Shown: piece by piece, positions 27,128-41,425 of the stretch | How positions within the stretch are numbered: position 1 is the stretch's first letter | Layout: each line of letters starts with the position of its first letter | NCBI GenBank assembly: GCA_964016885.1 | Contig: OZ024749.1 | Coordinates: 55,366,001-55,430,000 of the forward strand | From: Eledone cirrhosa | Lineage: Eukaryota | DNA length: 64,000 bases | Direction: 5' to 3' | The notes under the pieces: generated by a model | The model's database searches: none | The model's input: only the letters and a program-made list of their open reading frames with translations | Told to the model about the DNA's origin: nothing | Made by a program: the position numbers and the translations under genes

Positions 27128-28584
27128 AAATGGAGAGAGAGAGGGAGGGAGGGAGGGAGGGAGGGAGAGTTGAATGTCTAAAGATAGAACTGACTTTATC
27201 AACAGTGGAGTTAGGTCAATAACACTTGAGTCGAGCCAGGGCAGTCACAAGTGATCTGACTGAGCCTAGGAAGTCACGCATGAGTGAACCTAGAGTAGAC
27301 AGACACAGGTGATTGGACCCAGGGACGTGACACATGAGTGAACCTAGAGAAGACACATGATTGGAGCCAAGTCAGTCACACATCAGTGGAACTAGAACAG
27401 ACACAGTTGATTCATGAGCTGTCAGGCTATCAGAACCAAGGCAGTCACACCCTAGTAGAATGGGGAAAGGTGAACATGAAATGATAATGATGAGGGATGG
27501 GGAGGGCAAAAGGAGGAAAGAAAGAAAGAATGACTGCAATAATGTTGAGTTAAGGTTAGTTAAATTAATAATTAGCAGGTCAAGCAGACTGAGGCTGAAA
27601 ATATTTTGAATCTGTGGAATTAGTAAATGACAACAGCATCTAGCATGAAAATAATAACAAGAAATGAAATAAATTCATTAAAATTCAAAATCCAATCGGG
27701 CTTACTACCAGGTCTCAGCAGGATCACCCATGACTATAAATGATATGATAGGAGATGATTTCACTATTAAAATAACTGATGATAAAGAGTTTGTAGATAT
27801 GTGTGTGTGTGTGTGTCCCAAGAGAATATTGGGATAGGAACTCAAAATAATAGTTTCTGATTTAGGCACAAGGCCAACAATTTTTGGGGGAGGGAAAACG
27901 TCAGTTAAATCAACCCCAGTGTATTAATGTTACTTTATTTGATTGACTCTGTTAGGATGAAAGGCAAAGCTAACCTTGGTGGGGTTTGAACTCACTGATC
28001 TAAAATTAATAATAGTTTCTGATTTAGGGACAAGGCTAACAATTTTAGGGAAGGGGAAAGTCAGTGTATTACTGGTACTTTATTTTATCGACCCCCTAAG
28101 TATTTTAGGCAAAGCTAATCTTGGTAGGATTTGAACTCAGAATGTAAATACTAAATAATGTAATGTGTTTTTAGTGCCATGCAGTAGGCAAAACATCTCA
28201 AGCATCCTACAAATAAAAACAATAATTACAATACATTCTAGTGGCAGTAAGTAAACTAGTTCTCACTAGCTTAAAGCAGATCATGCAAACAGGTGCTGTG
28301 CAGAGGTACTGCCCAGCATTGCAAACAACAAGAGGAACACTATATGGATAAACGAGGGCTTTAGAGATTTGTTAGTGTGCATTAGTGTACAGCATTGGTT
28401 CTCAGTATCCTCTCATAGAGCACAGCCTGCGTTAGGCCAGCAAATTATCTGATATATAAGAGAAAGTATTCATAGATTAATGTCTAGAAAACTGGGATGG
28501 AATGAGTTAGTTAGAGCACAGTAGTGAGATAGAACTTCCAAAGAGACAATGACAACAATAATGGTGGCAGTGCTTACACTATAC

Positions 28585-28623
<39 letters not shown>

Positions 28624-29600
28624 GGGCTTTTGAGAGTTATTTTCGGGAGTGAAAATGGGAAAACTACCCTCCAGTATATGCAAACTGGTTTCTGAAATTA
28701 AAAGGAGTTTTGAGGTCCAGATACTATGCATGACTCCCCCCACTACTTCTTCATAGGTCCTGTATATGTGTGTATGTATGTGTCGAAGTATGTATGAGTA
28801 ATTTCTTGTTTGAATGAGAGGGTATAATGTCACCTTAAAAAGTCACAGGTGACAGCTACAATGTCCACCAAACAACAGATAGGTGAGAGGAAGCACAGTA
28901 TTGCTGAGTGAAGGAATTACAAATGGTGAAATGTCACACTAACAGGTCAAAGGTGAGAGGTGATATGATGTCACACCAACAGGTGAGAGGTGAAAGGTAA
29001 TGTGATGTCACACTAAAAACAAACAGATCGAATGTGAGAAGTGAAGGGTGATATGATGTCACATACAAACTGTAAATGGATTCACTGGTTGATAGAGAAA
29101 TACACTAACTTAACAGGACACAATTCCTAATAACCAGTAATTACCAGTGCATATGGCAAATACACCCTACATTGCCGGGCCTCAATCTATCTTGTTCTAA
29201 GTAAATATTGCTGGATGAGAACAACTGTAGCCTCCTATTTACAATGAGCAACTCAGTTTCTGTCATGGACACGATATAGACAGAATAATTGCTTGTTTTC
29301 ATAGGTCTGGCATAAATATCTAAAAATTATGCCATAATACTAACTCTTGTCATAGACATTCAAATACAGAGAGTAGCAGAATCACTAAAATCTAAAATTC
29401 TACTAAATTACTTATTATTCTTGTAAACATTCAAATATAAAATATGTCTATATAAATATTCTACGATGAATTGTTGTTGCAGGTCTTCAAAAACTGGCCT
29501 AAATTCTACCATATTTTTGCAGACAATGGAGAAATACCTTTTCCGCTTCTATGACAACCCGTCTAACCCATGCTAGCGTGGAAGAACGGACGTAAAACGG

Positions 29601-29633
<33 letters not shown>

Positions 29634-30648
29634 TATGGTAAAGTTGGTAAAAACTAAAGAAACAGGAAATGAATAAAGCTTAGCGATTGCAGTGGAAAAT
29701 TGGGGTCAGTTGCCTGAGTCCCATATTGTCGGAACTGTGCGAATTTAAACAAAGGCACAGTAAATAGTGTGCCATATATGAATATATACACATGCACATT
29801 ATACATAGTATATACACATATATATATATATATACACACACACACATATATATATATGTGTGTGGGTGTATATATATATATACACATATGTATATTATAT
29901 ATTTCAAGTTTTGTGAAATACTTCATCGATGTGAAAAAAAAAAGGAGGGTTGGTTGTTTCTATAGATGAGATGACACGGACTACACACAGTGCAAAATAA
30001 TAATAAATTAACAATATTGATGACAATAATGATAATAATAATGATAAATGAGGAAAAAAGCCCAGTAATAATGATAATGAAAGTGCTTTCCTGTTTCAAA
30101 CCAAAGTACCAAATAGTTTACTAACATTTCAATTAAAAAGGGGAAGAAAAAAAAAAATTCTCAAAAATAGAATGAGAAAAGTGGGGGTAATTAAAAAGAA
30201 ATGGGAGAGAAAGAAGTTAAAATTAAAACATTCCCCCCACCCCGGAAAAAAAAAGAAAAAGGGAAATAAAAAGAATATACAAAGAAAAAAAAACAATAAA
30301 TATCATGCTTAATTTGTCACCCAGACGATTAAAAAATAATTTAATTAAAAAAGTATTTAATTTAAAAATAATAAAGAGAGAGAGAGAGAGGAAGAAAGAA
30401 TACAGCAGAAGAGAATAATAGCAAAAGAATTTAGAATTAAAAAAAAATATATATATATATATATTATATTGTATTAAATTATGTATTATACTTAGAAATT
30501 ATATTGTTATTGGGGAGGGGGGGGGGGGCGACTAGTCAGATTATAAATTTACATTAAAATATGATTTAAGGTGTTTATAAATTAGGTTTAAATTAGTTGG
30601 CTCTGTATATATACACATGCGCACGCACACACATACACACACACACAC

Positions 30649-30693
<45 letters not shown>

Positions 30694-30703
30694 CACATAT
30701 ATA

Positions 30704-30774
<71 letters not shown>

Positions 30775-31168
30775 ATATATATATATATATATAGCAAACA
30801 TACATCCGTATTTCATATATATGTTGGGGAGAGGAAAGAAATTAAACAGGGAATCAGTGTAAATATTTAAGTGTTGTGGTTCCTCCATTAAGTTTCAGAC
30901 TTTAGTATATGTATGTATGTATGTATAAATATATATATATATATATTTCTCCTTAATATTAATTAGCAAAATAAAAGAGGAAAAAATAAAAGAATAGTAA
31001 TAACATAATGCAGAAGCAGTTTATGTATATGTATATATATATATATATTAGTGTGTGTATGTATGTATATATGTATATATATATATATATATATGTATAC
31101 ATACATATGTATATATACATATGTATACATATGTATATATACATATGTATACATACATATGTATACAC

Positions 31169-31199
<31 letters not shown>

Positions 31200-31471
31200 C
31201 ATATATATACATTATATATATATAGATGTATGTATATATACATATGTATACATATATGTATATATATGCATATATACATATATATATATATGTATATATA
31301 TATATACATGTATATATATACACTCATACATACACACACACAAAGGATAATAGGATAATCGATTGGTTTGGTTAATTTATCAAAGTGAAGAAAATAAAAA
31401 TAAACTGAAGAAAAGTAGTATAAAGAATTATATCTAGAAATTCAAGTTGCATACGCAATAAATATATATAT

Positions 31472-31503
<32 letters not shown>

Positions 31504-31902
31504 GTGTGTATATATATATACATATATTTGGACGTAGCATTTACAAGTGCTTTATAAAAAAAGATAAATATAATTATAGTTATAACATATATAATATTAA
31601 AAGTATGTTATTTATATATATATATGTGCCCTAGATAGATTTGTATAAGAAATTACAGCTTTTTCACTAAAAGTTTCTTTGCAAAATCACATGACAAATT
31701 AAAAGTGAAAGTAGAAATCGTAGAGGCGTGAGTTTTAAGAATTGGCAGAAAAATGGCCAGTTAGGCATTCAAGGAAGAATTCTCATGCAAAGTGTGATAA
31801 AAGAGGTCCACGGTGTGAGGATTGCACACACATATATACATATTCATATATATTGTTATATATATATATTTACAGATATATATATATATATATAAAAATA
31901 TA

Positions 31903-31945
<43 letters not shown>

Positions 31946-32002
31946 ATATATATATATGAGATATACACATATATAATATATATATATATATGAGATATAC
32001 AC

Positions 32003-32033
<31 letters not shown>

Positions 32034-32071
32034 GAGATATACACATATATGTATACTATATATCTATATAC

Positions 32072-32115
<44 letters not shown>

Positions 32116-32212
32116 GAGATATACACATATATGTATACTATATATATATACAAATATATATATACATATATATATATATTTATATATATAAGATATACAC
32201 ATATGTATACTA

Positions 32213-32265
<53 letters not shown>

Positions 32266-32467
32266 TATATATACAAATATATATGTGTGTGTTGAAACGT
32301 AAAAGGAAACTCTAGACTGCTAAGTAAAGCATATTGAAGGCTAGTTTTCATTATTATTATTATTATTTGTCATGTGACTGTGCAAGTAATTGTATTTTTT
32401 ATATAATATATATAAAAAAAAAAGAAGCAGACTACAGCAACATGCAAAGCATGATGGGATATAGTAC

Positions 32468-32536
32468 CAGAGTAACGAGATCGTCTGCAGGGTCACGAGG
32501 TCGCTTCTTGCCCGTCAAGACCTCAACCACTTGCGG
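32468..32536 (-). CDS. mbl: muscleblind 69-nt cassette exon with NLS (PQVVEVLTGKKRPRDPADDLVTL), equivalent of vertebrate MBNL1 exon 5
   Basis: TAATTAG|CCG...CTG|GTACTA; 23 codons, no stop, phase 0/0 compatible with both neighbours; KKRP basic motif; lies between the ZnF3/4 exon and the KR..YQQAL exon; YGCY-rich flanks. Confidence 0.88.
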
Positions 32537-32735
32537 CTAATTAGTATGCAGAGCACATGATGGCAGTTTGGCCAATGAAATGGCAGCATGGCAGGGATGG
32601 CAGCACATGACAACAGCAAGCAGCAAGGCATGATGGGTGATGAAAATAAAAGAAAAGCACCATTGGTAAAAACGTTTCAACCAACATGCATGAAAAAAAA
32701 AAATAAATAAAAACCATTATTTTTATACCAGAAAG
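32537..32735 (-). promoter_or_regulatory. intronic splicing-regulatory element upstream of the NLS exon: YGCY cluster in an AG-exclusion zone
   Basis: 12 YGCY motifs counted in 32541-32660; no AG on the sense strand for about 200 nt before the acceptor; UGCAUG at 32685-32690; U-rich tracts are distal rather than next to the 3' splice site. Confidence 0.8.
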
Positions 32736-32813
32736 CTATGACATCATGCCTTTTTCTTTTGTAGGTTTTTTTTTTGTAAATATTTTCTGTTTTGTGACTC
32801 TTTTGAAAGAGAG

Positions 32814-32848
<35 letters not shown>

Positions 32849-32863
32849 CAGAAAGAGAGAGAG

Positions 32864-32898
<35 letters not shown>

Positions 32899-32927
32899 TA
32901 GGTGAGGAAAAAACACCCACACAAACA

Positions 32928-32967
<40 letters not shown>

Positions 32968-33063
32968 TGCACATCCACACGTATGTAAATTTCATCAAAT
33001 ACATAGAGGGGTACACAGGACAGACAGGTAACTGGGCAGTGACAGAGAGAGGGAGAGAAAGAG

Positions 33064-33108
<45 letters not shown>

Positions 33109-33247
33109 AAGAAAGAAAAAGACTAACAGCAACAGAGGAAACAAAAATTTTTCTTATTGCTTTTAAAACAAGTCTCTCACCACACACATATATACACAGG
33201 TGTGGTTCCATTTATTACTATACATACATATCTATATGCATATATAT

Positions 33248-33280
<33 letters not shown>

Positions 33281-33902
33281 GCAGTCAGTATGCATTGTAC
33301 CAAGACAAAGATTGATAATAAGCAAAATAAAAAATAAAAAATAATATAACGCTACCTAACTGCCTAGAAGAGAGGAGACCGCGAAGGTTGGTCTAACTCC
33401 TTAACAATGAACAAACTAACCCAAATGCAGGATGGAAAATCATTGGTAACAACAAAACTGTGTTGACGATAACTATACTATAATATTCCACTCTGTATAT
33501 TGGACAGAACGCTCTGTTTCCTTTATATATTCTATAGAATCATTGCCAAGTTGCCAAATCTGTTAAACCTTTATAGAATAGATCTTGTTTAGTCACAGAT
33601 AAATATAGGTTGAAAATATCTATGATCCAAATATTCAAATGATGACTAGACATGTCTTTATTTCCAACATAATCTGTTGGTATTTATGTCAGGTTTTGAA
33701 AGATAATAGTTTGATTTGTAACTAGTAGATAATATTAGCAATTAAAAGACCAATAGAAAACATAGTTTCCTTGGTTAGATTTGAAGAGAGAATTGACTGG
33801 TGAGATAAAAAGTATGTATACCGTAAGATTCAAAACATTGAATGATTCCAGAATACAAACATTGATGGTATGCCCAAGATTTTGTATTCATGGATGTGTG
33901 AA

Positions 33903-33941
<39 letters not shown>

Positions 33942-36199
33942 ATGTTTCAAAGCACCCAGCCAGTATCTGGAAGATATGGGTTTGATTCCTCACAGCAGCC
34001 AATGGAAACTTTTTTTTCCACCTTTAAAAGTCTTCACTCTACTTTATAAACTATTCTATGTGTGTATATATATATATATATTAATTAAACATAAGGTGAA
34101 AGATTTCTACACAGGTAACTAAACAAAATAATACAGAAACTTGCTAAATCCACCAAAAACTAGGCCATATGTTCAGTTATTCTGAATAATGGGTGTTCAT
34201 ATTAATCTTTGATAACCTTAATTAGTGATAATCTTAATTATTGATAATATTATTAATTCATAATCTTAATTGTTTCTACTTTTGGCACAAGGCCAGCAAT
34301 TATCCCAGTGTATTACTGGTACTTTATTTTATCGACCCCGTAAGGATGAAAGGCAAAGTTAACCTCAGCGGGATTTAATTCATAATCTTAATGATTGAAT
34401 AATGTAATTATTGACCTATCTCACAAAATGATGTGAAATGTGAATTAGATTCTCTTCTTTCAATTATTATTTGTATTACTATTATTTATATGATTGGTGG
34501 AATTCTATTGGACGAGGGGGTAGAGGGAGTTAAGAAGAAAATCTGAAAGAATGAAAAGAATGAAAAAGGAATGAAAAATCTTCAGAAGAAAAAAATATGT
34601 ACTAAGAACAAAAAAAAAAAAAGAAGTGAAAAAGAATATTTTTTTTAAAAATCAAAGTGACGAAGAGAAACGAAATAGTTTCGAGATCAAAGAATTGATA
34701 GATAAATGGATATATATATATATAGGTAGATAGATAGATAAATTGATGGATAGATAGATAGGTAGAATGATAGCTAGATAAATAGATAGATATAGGTAGA
34801 TAGATAGATAGGTTGATTGATAGATATTATCAAAACAAAGATTGATTTTTTTTTTTTTTTTGAGATGTTGGTCAAGAATGTGTGAAGAGTTCTGCTAGAA
34901 TGGTAAAGACGTGATTGGTCATGAGTAAGCTGTGGGCAGGGATGTTTAAAGATTGGTGCTGCAAAGTCAGGAATGAGCAGTGGAAGCCAAGGATCTTGTC
35001 AACACAACAAACAAACAAAAACAGAAAGAAAGAAATGGTGGAGAGAGGGTGGGGATGGAGCCAGGAATGAAGGAAAGAAGGAAGGGAAAGAAAGGAAAAG
35101 AAGGGAAGAAAGACAGGGATGTTGAAAGAGTGGAGTGAAGTGGTGACTGAGTGAGTGAGTTGCATGACTATTAAATAAATAAATGCCAGTAATAAAGTGA
35201 GAGAGAGGAATAGAGGAGAGAAAGAGAGGAGAGGGAAGAGAGAGAGGAAGAGATGAAGAGATGAAGAAAAGTAGTGCCACCATAGTAAACAATCACCACC
35301 TCACCCACCCCCACCAAAAAATTTTATTTTTTAAAAATGATAATGAAATAAAATAAAACGATGTTGAAAGGCGAAAAAAGTGAAGAAGAAGAAAAACAAC
35401 AGTGAAAAAGAAGGTGAAGAAGAAGAAGAAAATGAAGAAGGAGTGAATGGGTGTCGGTTTTGAGCAGGAGGTGTTAGTGCCAAAGGCAGAAGACACGTGA
35501 GAACTAAACTCTGGAAAAGTAAGGGCATAGTTATATATATGAGAGAGAAAAAAAAAATTTAAATTAATGAAAGTAAAAAATAGTGTGGCGGAAGCTACAA
35601 GACTACGAAATGGCAATTTTTAAGAGGACATGGAATCAGCAAAAAGTTGGACACAAAGCAAGAATTTAGGCGCGAAAAAATGTGCTCAGACTCAGTCCTA
35701 AGTTGTTATGATGCATCAATGACATATAATATTGGAATAACAGAAAAAAAACAAAAAAAACAAAAAACACCCAGAAACACCCCCCCCCCCCCGTAATAAT
35801 AAAAAAAAAAAGTGAATTGTTGTTGTTATTGTTGCTGTTGCTGCTGCCGTTGAAACTGATGATGGTGATGATGATGGTATTATAGTGATATTATTCACAT
35901 ATTTCAGATTTTACATGTTTTCTTCACATTTATTAAATATTTATAAAATTATCTTACCAACCATTTGTGTTTGTTTTATTTAAAAAAAAAAAAAAACGAA
36001 TTGCTAAATATATATACATATATATAACCATATATATAGATATATAGACATATATATGAATGTATATATATATATATACACACACACACATATATATATA
36101 TACACACACACACATATATATATATACACACACACATATATATATACACATATATATATATATATACACACACACATATATATATATATATATACACAC

Positions 36200-36230
<31 letters not shown>

Positions 36231-36260
36231 TATATATATATTCACACACATATATATATG

Positions 36261-36292
<32 letters not shown>

Positions 36293-37945
36293 TACATATA
36301 TATGTATAAAGATACACAGAGAGAGACATAGGAAAAGAGAAAAATAAAAACTAATTCAAAACAATCTTTTAAAAAGAGATATGAAATAAAAAAACTGATA
36401 ACATACAAACATATTCAGACACACATCAATATATATATATAGTGTGTGTTTATATATATACATACACACATTCATACATGCATGTGTATGTATGTATATA
36501 TATATATATATTAATGTATATGAATATAGATATATAAATATATATTTAATGTCTAAGTAGTGAGTAATGAAACACTACTCGGCTATTAAATGAATATTTC
36601 AACTCTACTTTTGTATTGAGTACTTTTTCTCACATACATAAATACATACACGCATACACATGAGTATATTCACATCCATCAATAATACACACACACATAT
36701 ATATAAGAACATACATACACACATATATATAGGAACATACACACACACATTTATTGCTAAAAGGACTCAATACATGGGGCATAGTAAAATTTTATTTATA
36801 GAGATTGACTGTCACTTCAAGCTTCACCTGACACCTGGCTCATTCATGCTGATTGATTAAACCAGAAAACAGGTGAAATTTGTAATTATAATCAACCACA
36901 ATATATATATATATATATACTCACACATATAAACGCATCTACAGACGTGTATGCATGTATGTAGGTGTCCATATGATAAAATAAAAACCATCAAAATGAC
37001 AGCAATAAGAAATCTGTGTGGAAAGCTGACCAAAAGAAAGACAAAGTCTCTAAGGAGCTGACAAATCACAAGACAGACGCCTTTTATGATTTGAAATATT
37101 CACAAAACGGCAATTTAAACCTTTATGATATGGTGTGTAAAAAAAACAACCCCTCAAAAATATTGAAACCAGCATGGCCTGGGCTCTATTCTAAAATAAA
37201 GGATATATATCCTTTATATATATATTATTTATCTATGTTCATACAAAAGCCCTACCTAAGGTTTCAAGGCTGAATATTGACCATATCTCTAGATTGTAAG
37301 AGGGATCAAAATTGTGGCCTATTTCTTCAGGTGTAACTTTATGCCACAAAGCATGTTGTTTGACGCCCAACTGATTAATGCTAATACACCGACCTAGAAG
37401 TAGTAGTAACAATAATAATAATCTTTCAAATATTATTTGTTGGAAGACTAAAATGTTCAGTGTCTTCAAATACTAAAAATAAATATTGCATATATATATA
37501 TATCATCATCGTTTAACGTCTATCTTCCACGCTAGCATGGAGATAAAGATATGTATGTATGTATGTATGTATGTATGCATGCATGCATGCATGCATGCAT
37601 GCATGTATGTATGCATGCGTGAGTTAATAATTTAGGTAGCCACCATGTTAGAGTGAAAACAAATTTTGTTCATATGTGCGTGAGTGTCTCTGTGTCTTCC
37701 CCCATTTTAATATTTGCAACAATTTTCAATCTAAATTAGAACATGAAAATATAAAATGAGACAAACCAAAGATTATTTAATTTGATAATCAGAGATTTTT
37801 TCAGGAGGTCTGTCTGGAGTTGATATTTTTCCTGTTCATTTATAAATTCATTTTTAAAATGAACAACAACAATACTATCAGTGATAATGCAACTGTCATT
37901 GTTGTTATTGTTGTTGTTAATACTGTATTTTACGAAATAACTTTA

Positions 37946-37985
<40 letters not shown>

Positions 37986-38287
37986 ATGTTAATATATATA
38001 GGTGTCAGTAAACAACCAACATATACTCAATATATATATATATATATTGATAGATTAATTTTTATAGTTTTCCCTTTACTCTCTGTCTATCTGATTGTTT
38101 GTCTATTGTGTTTTTACTTTCATACTTTTCTTTCTCTTTCTCTCTCTACATATATATAGATAGATATATAGATAGATATAATATATATAGATACACACAT
38201 TCGCATGTAGACATGTTTGTTTGCATACAATTATAAGTATATACATAATTATATACAGACACACACACATATATATATATATATATG

Positions 38288-38353
<66 letters not shown>

Positions 38354-38379
38354 TATACATATATATGATATATATATTG

Positions 38380-38715
38380 AAGGCACATGGCTTAGTGGTT
38401 AGAGCATTGGCCTTGCAATCGAAAGGTTGGAGTTCAATTCTCAGACCGGGTGATGTGTTGTTTCCTTGAGCAAGACACTTTATTTCACATTGCTCCAGTT
38501 TACTCAGCTGTAGAAATGAGATGATAGGGACTGGGATCCCTATCATTCCACTGCAAAGTGGTCGTGGAGGTGCCACGGCAAAAACCACCCAGCACTCACT
38601 GTAAATGAGGTTGGTGTTAGGAAGGGCATCCAGCTGTAGAAATCAAGCCAGAATCAGTTCCCGTCCCACCCTTGTAAGCAGGGAAAAGTGGACGTAAAAT
38701 GATGTTGATGATGAT
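38380..38715 (+). mobile_element. near-full-length tRNA-head SINE with CORE-like centre and (TGA)n tail
   Basis: A box TGGCTTAGTGG, B box GAGTTCAATTCT, core TCCTTGAGCAAGACACTTTATTTCAC, tail GGAAGGGCATCCAGCTGTAGAAA...GGACGTAAAATGATG; related pieces near 5592, 6725-6965 (inverted) and 62030. Confidence 0.8.
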
Positions 38716-38929
38716 ACATACACATATATAAACTCGATGTTTCCTGAAGCAGCAATAACATCAGCTTGCTTCAGGAAACTCAGAGTACCTACGAAAGTAT
38801 ATACCAGTTCGCTAGGTATCTTATATAATACATAGCTTCCTGAGTGATGTCAGGGAGAAACCAGAGTTCAAGAAGGTACTCAATACAGAACTAAAACTGT
38901 TTCATTTGTATGAAATCATCAGGAATATA

Positions 38930-39200
38930 TATATATGGTGAAGAGGTAGAATATCAATAGGTTTGCATCAACCACCAACAGATACAGGACGTAGTATTTT
39001 ATTCCAAGAACTCGGTGTTGTTTCCCACTTCCTCCTTGCCATTTTCTAATTCCTTCTGATATATTTAATATACAAGAAGTTAAGATGAGGTTCCTTAAAA
39101 TGTCTTTAAACCAGAATTGATAGTCTTGTTGAAGAAAATATTATTTAGGAGGGCAGAGGTTATTGTAAAAAGAAACTTTTCTTAAAATTCTCAATAACAT
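38930..39200 (-). mobile_element. degenerate Penelope-like RT remnant
   Basis: Minus strand reads KILRPVSVG..CKP, resembling the PLE LRPIVS motif; adjacent to a hairpin element at 38739-38790. Confidence 0.35.
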
Positions 39201-39245
39201 ATCACCCTTTCACACACTCATATATATATATACACACACACACTC

Positions 39246-39286
<41 letters not shown>

Positions 39287-39368
39287 TGTACACACACATA
39301 TATATACATATATACACACACACACATTTATATATATATATACACACACACATATATATATATATATA

Positions 39369-39414
<46 letters not shown>

Positions 39415-39692
39415 TTCTCATATGCATACAGACATGAAAGCACTTTCTTTCCCTTTTCGGCATATACACAGACACATAAATGTGCCTGAATGTATATATA
39501 TATATATATATATATGTTTAGTATAAGTTATACATGTATGTTGTGTAGAGGATGGGGTGGGGCTGAACAGACGCAGATTAAAGTTTGTGTAGAAAGATTC
39601 AGGCAAGATGTCGTAGAGCGCTTGCGAAAAAAAAAAAAAAAGAAAGCCAAAGGCTACTAATATCAGTTTGCAATATTATATACACACACGAT

Positions 39693-39733
<41 letters not shown>

Positions 39734-40869
39734 ATAGATAGGTATATACACAAAAATACATGTGTTGGTATGCATATACATATAAACATATCTATGTAAA
39801 CATACAACTATATATATATATATGTGTGTGTGAGTGTGTGTATATATATAATGTGTGTATATGTATATGTGAGAACTATAGGAGAATGCTAGGAGTGACA
39901 GCAGCCATGTGGAGCAACAAAGGGGGGTAGCAAGCATACATATGCTAATATATATATATATATATATATAGTAATATCATTGATGCAGCCAAAAGCACAA
40001 GATTACATAGATAGATATAAAGAAATACAGAATGTTATATTATTTGGTCGACCACCCTTTTTCTACCCCTTCTAGCTACATGAATACATATTACAGAAAT
40101 ATATACACACACACACACATACATTTGTGTGTGTGTGTGTGTGTGTATATTTGTGCATCTGTGTATGTGTGTGGGAATATATTTTAGTCTGTGTAATTTT
40201 GTTAGCTAACCACTCCCAGCCCAACCTAAATAAAGCAATGAAAGCAATGATGATGATGATGATGATGATTAAGATGACGATAATTATGATACCAATAAAA
40301 GTAATAATTGTCCTAGTAGTAGTTATAATAATAATAACAGTAGGAGTAATAATAATAATGACAACAATAATAATAATAATAGTAGGAATAATAATAATAA
40401 TAATAATAGGAGTAGTAATAATCATAATGGTAATATCAACGTAATATGCTTAATGAAATCCAGGCAGGTTATTCAGCAAATGGTGCACGATTATCCACGT
40501 GTTGCAAACGAGCAAGCAGCTGTGCAGCAAGACTTAACATACAAGGTTAGATTACAAGTTGGTCATTTGTTGCATAAAAAAATAACGAAAAAAACATGAC
40601 CTATTTATTGTATTTTTTTAAATATATATATAATATCTTCCTACCCGACTTTGTCTTCCACCATCACCATTTAATACATGCAATACCACCCCACCATCTA
40701 TGAATACAACCCCAGTTTTCCAACCATCCCCTTCTCGATGCCACAATGCAACCCTAAAAAGTCTTTACAATGTTGAGTTTGTTTGTTGTCTTCTCCACAG
40801 ACACGTGGGGTGTTTAGTGAAATATAGAGTTAGTAGTATTATTTATTCACAATGAGCTGGTATGAGTGT

Positions 40870-41425
40870 GCTGCTACTGCTGTTGTTATTGAGCCATGGA
40901 TCAGTCTCTCACGCTGCTACTGCTGTTGTTATTGAGCCATGGATCAGTCTCTCACGCTGCTACTGCTGTTGTTATTGAGCCAGGGATCAGTCTCTCACGC
41001 TGCCACTGCTGTTGTTATTGAGCCATGGATCAGTCTCACGCTGCTACTGCTGTTGTTATTGAGCCATGGATCAGTCTCTCACGCTGCTACTGCTGTTGTT
41101 ATTGAGCCATGGATCAGTCTCTCACGCTGCTACTGCTGTTGTTATTGAGCCATGGATCAGTCTCTCACGCTGCTACTGCTGTTGTTATTGAGCCATGGAT
41201 CAGTCTCTCACGCTGCTACTGCTGTTGTTATTGAGCCATGGATCAGTCTCTCACGCTGCTACTGCTGTTGTTATTGAGCCATGGATCAGTCTCTCACGCT
41301 GCTACTGCTGTTGTTATTGAGCCATGGATCAGTCTCTCACGCTGCTACTGCTGTTGTTATTGAGCCAGGGATCAGTCTCTCACGCTGCTACTACTGTTGT
41401 TATTGAGCCAGGGATTAGTCTCTCA
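40870..41425. repeat. minisatellite, 43-bp unit, about 13 copies
   Basis: GCTGCTACTGCTGTTGTTATTGAGCCATGGATCAGTCTCTCAC in tandem. Confidence 0.95.

Noticed and set aside
35950-36010. Strong minus-strand donor TTG|GTAAGA
   Set aside because: No suitable acceptor or open frame upstream.
38380-38450. tRNA gene
   Set aside because: A and B boxes run into a SINE core and tail; no complete cloverleaf.
40870-41425. CTG-rich minisatellite as an MBNL sponge in its own pre-mRNA
   Set aside because: The YGCY motifs are on the plus strand; the mbl transcript carries the CAG-type complement.
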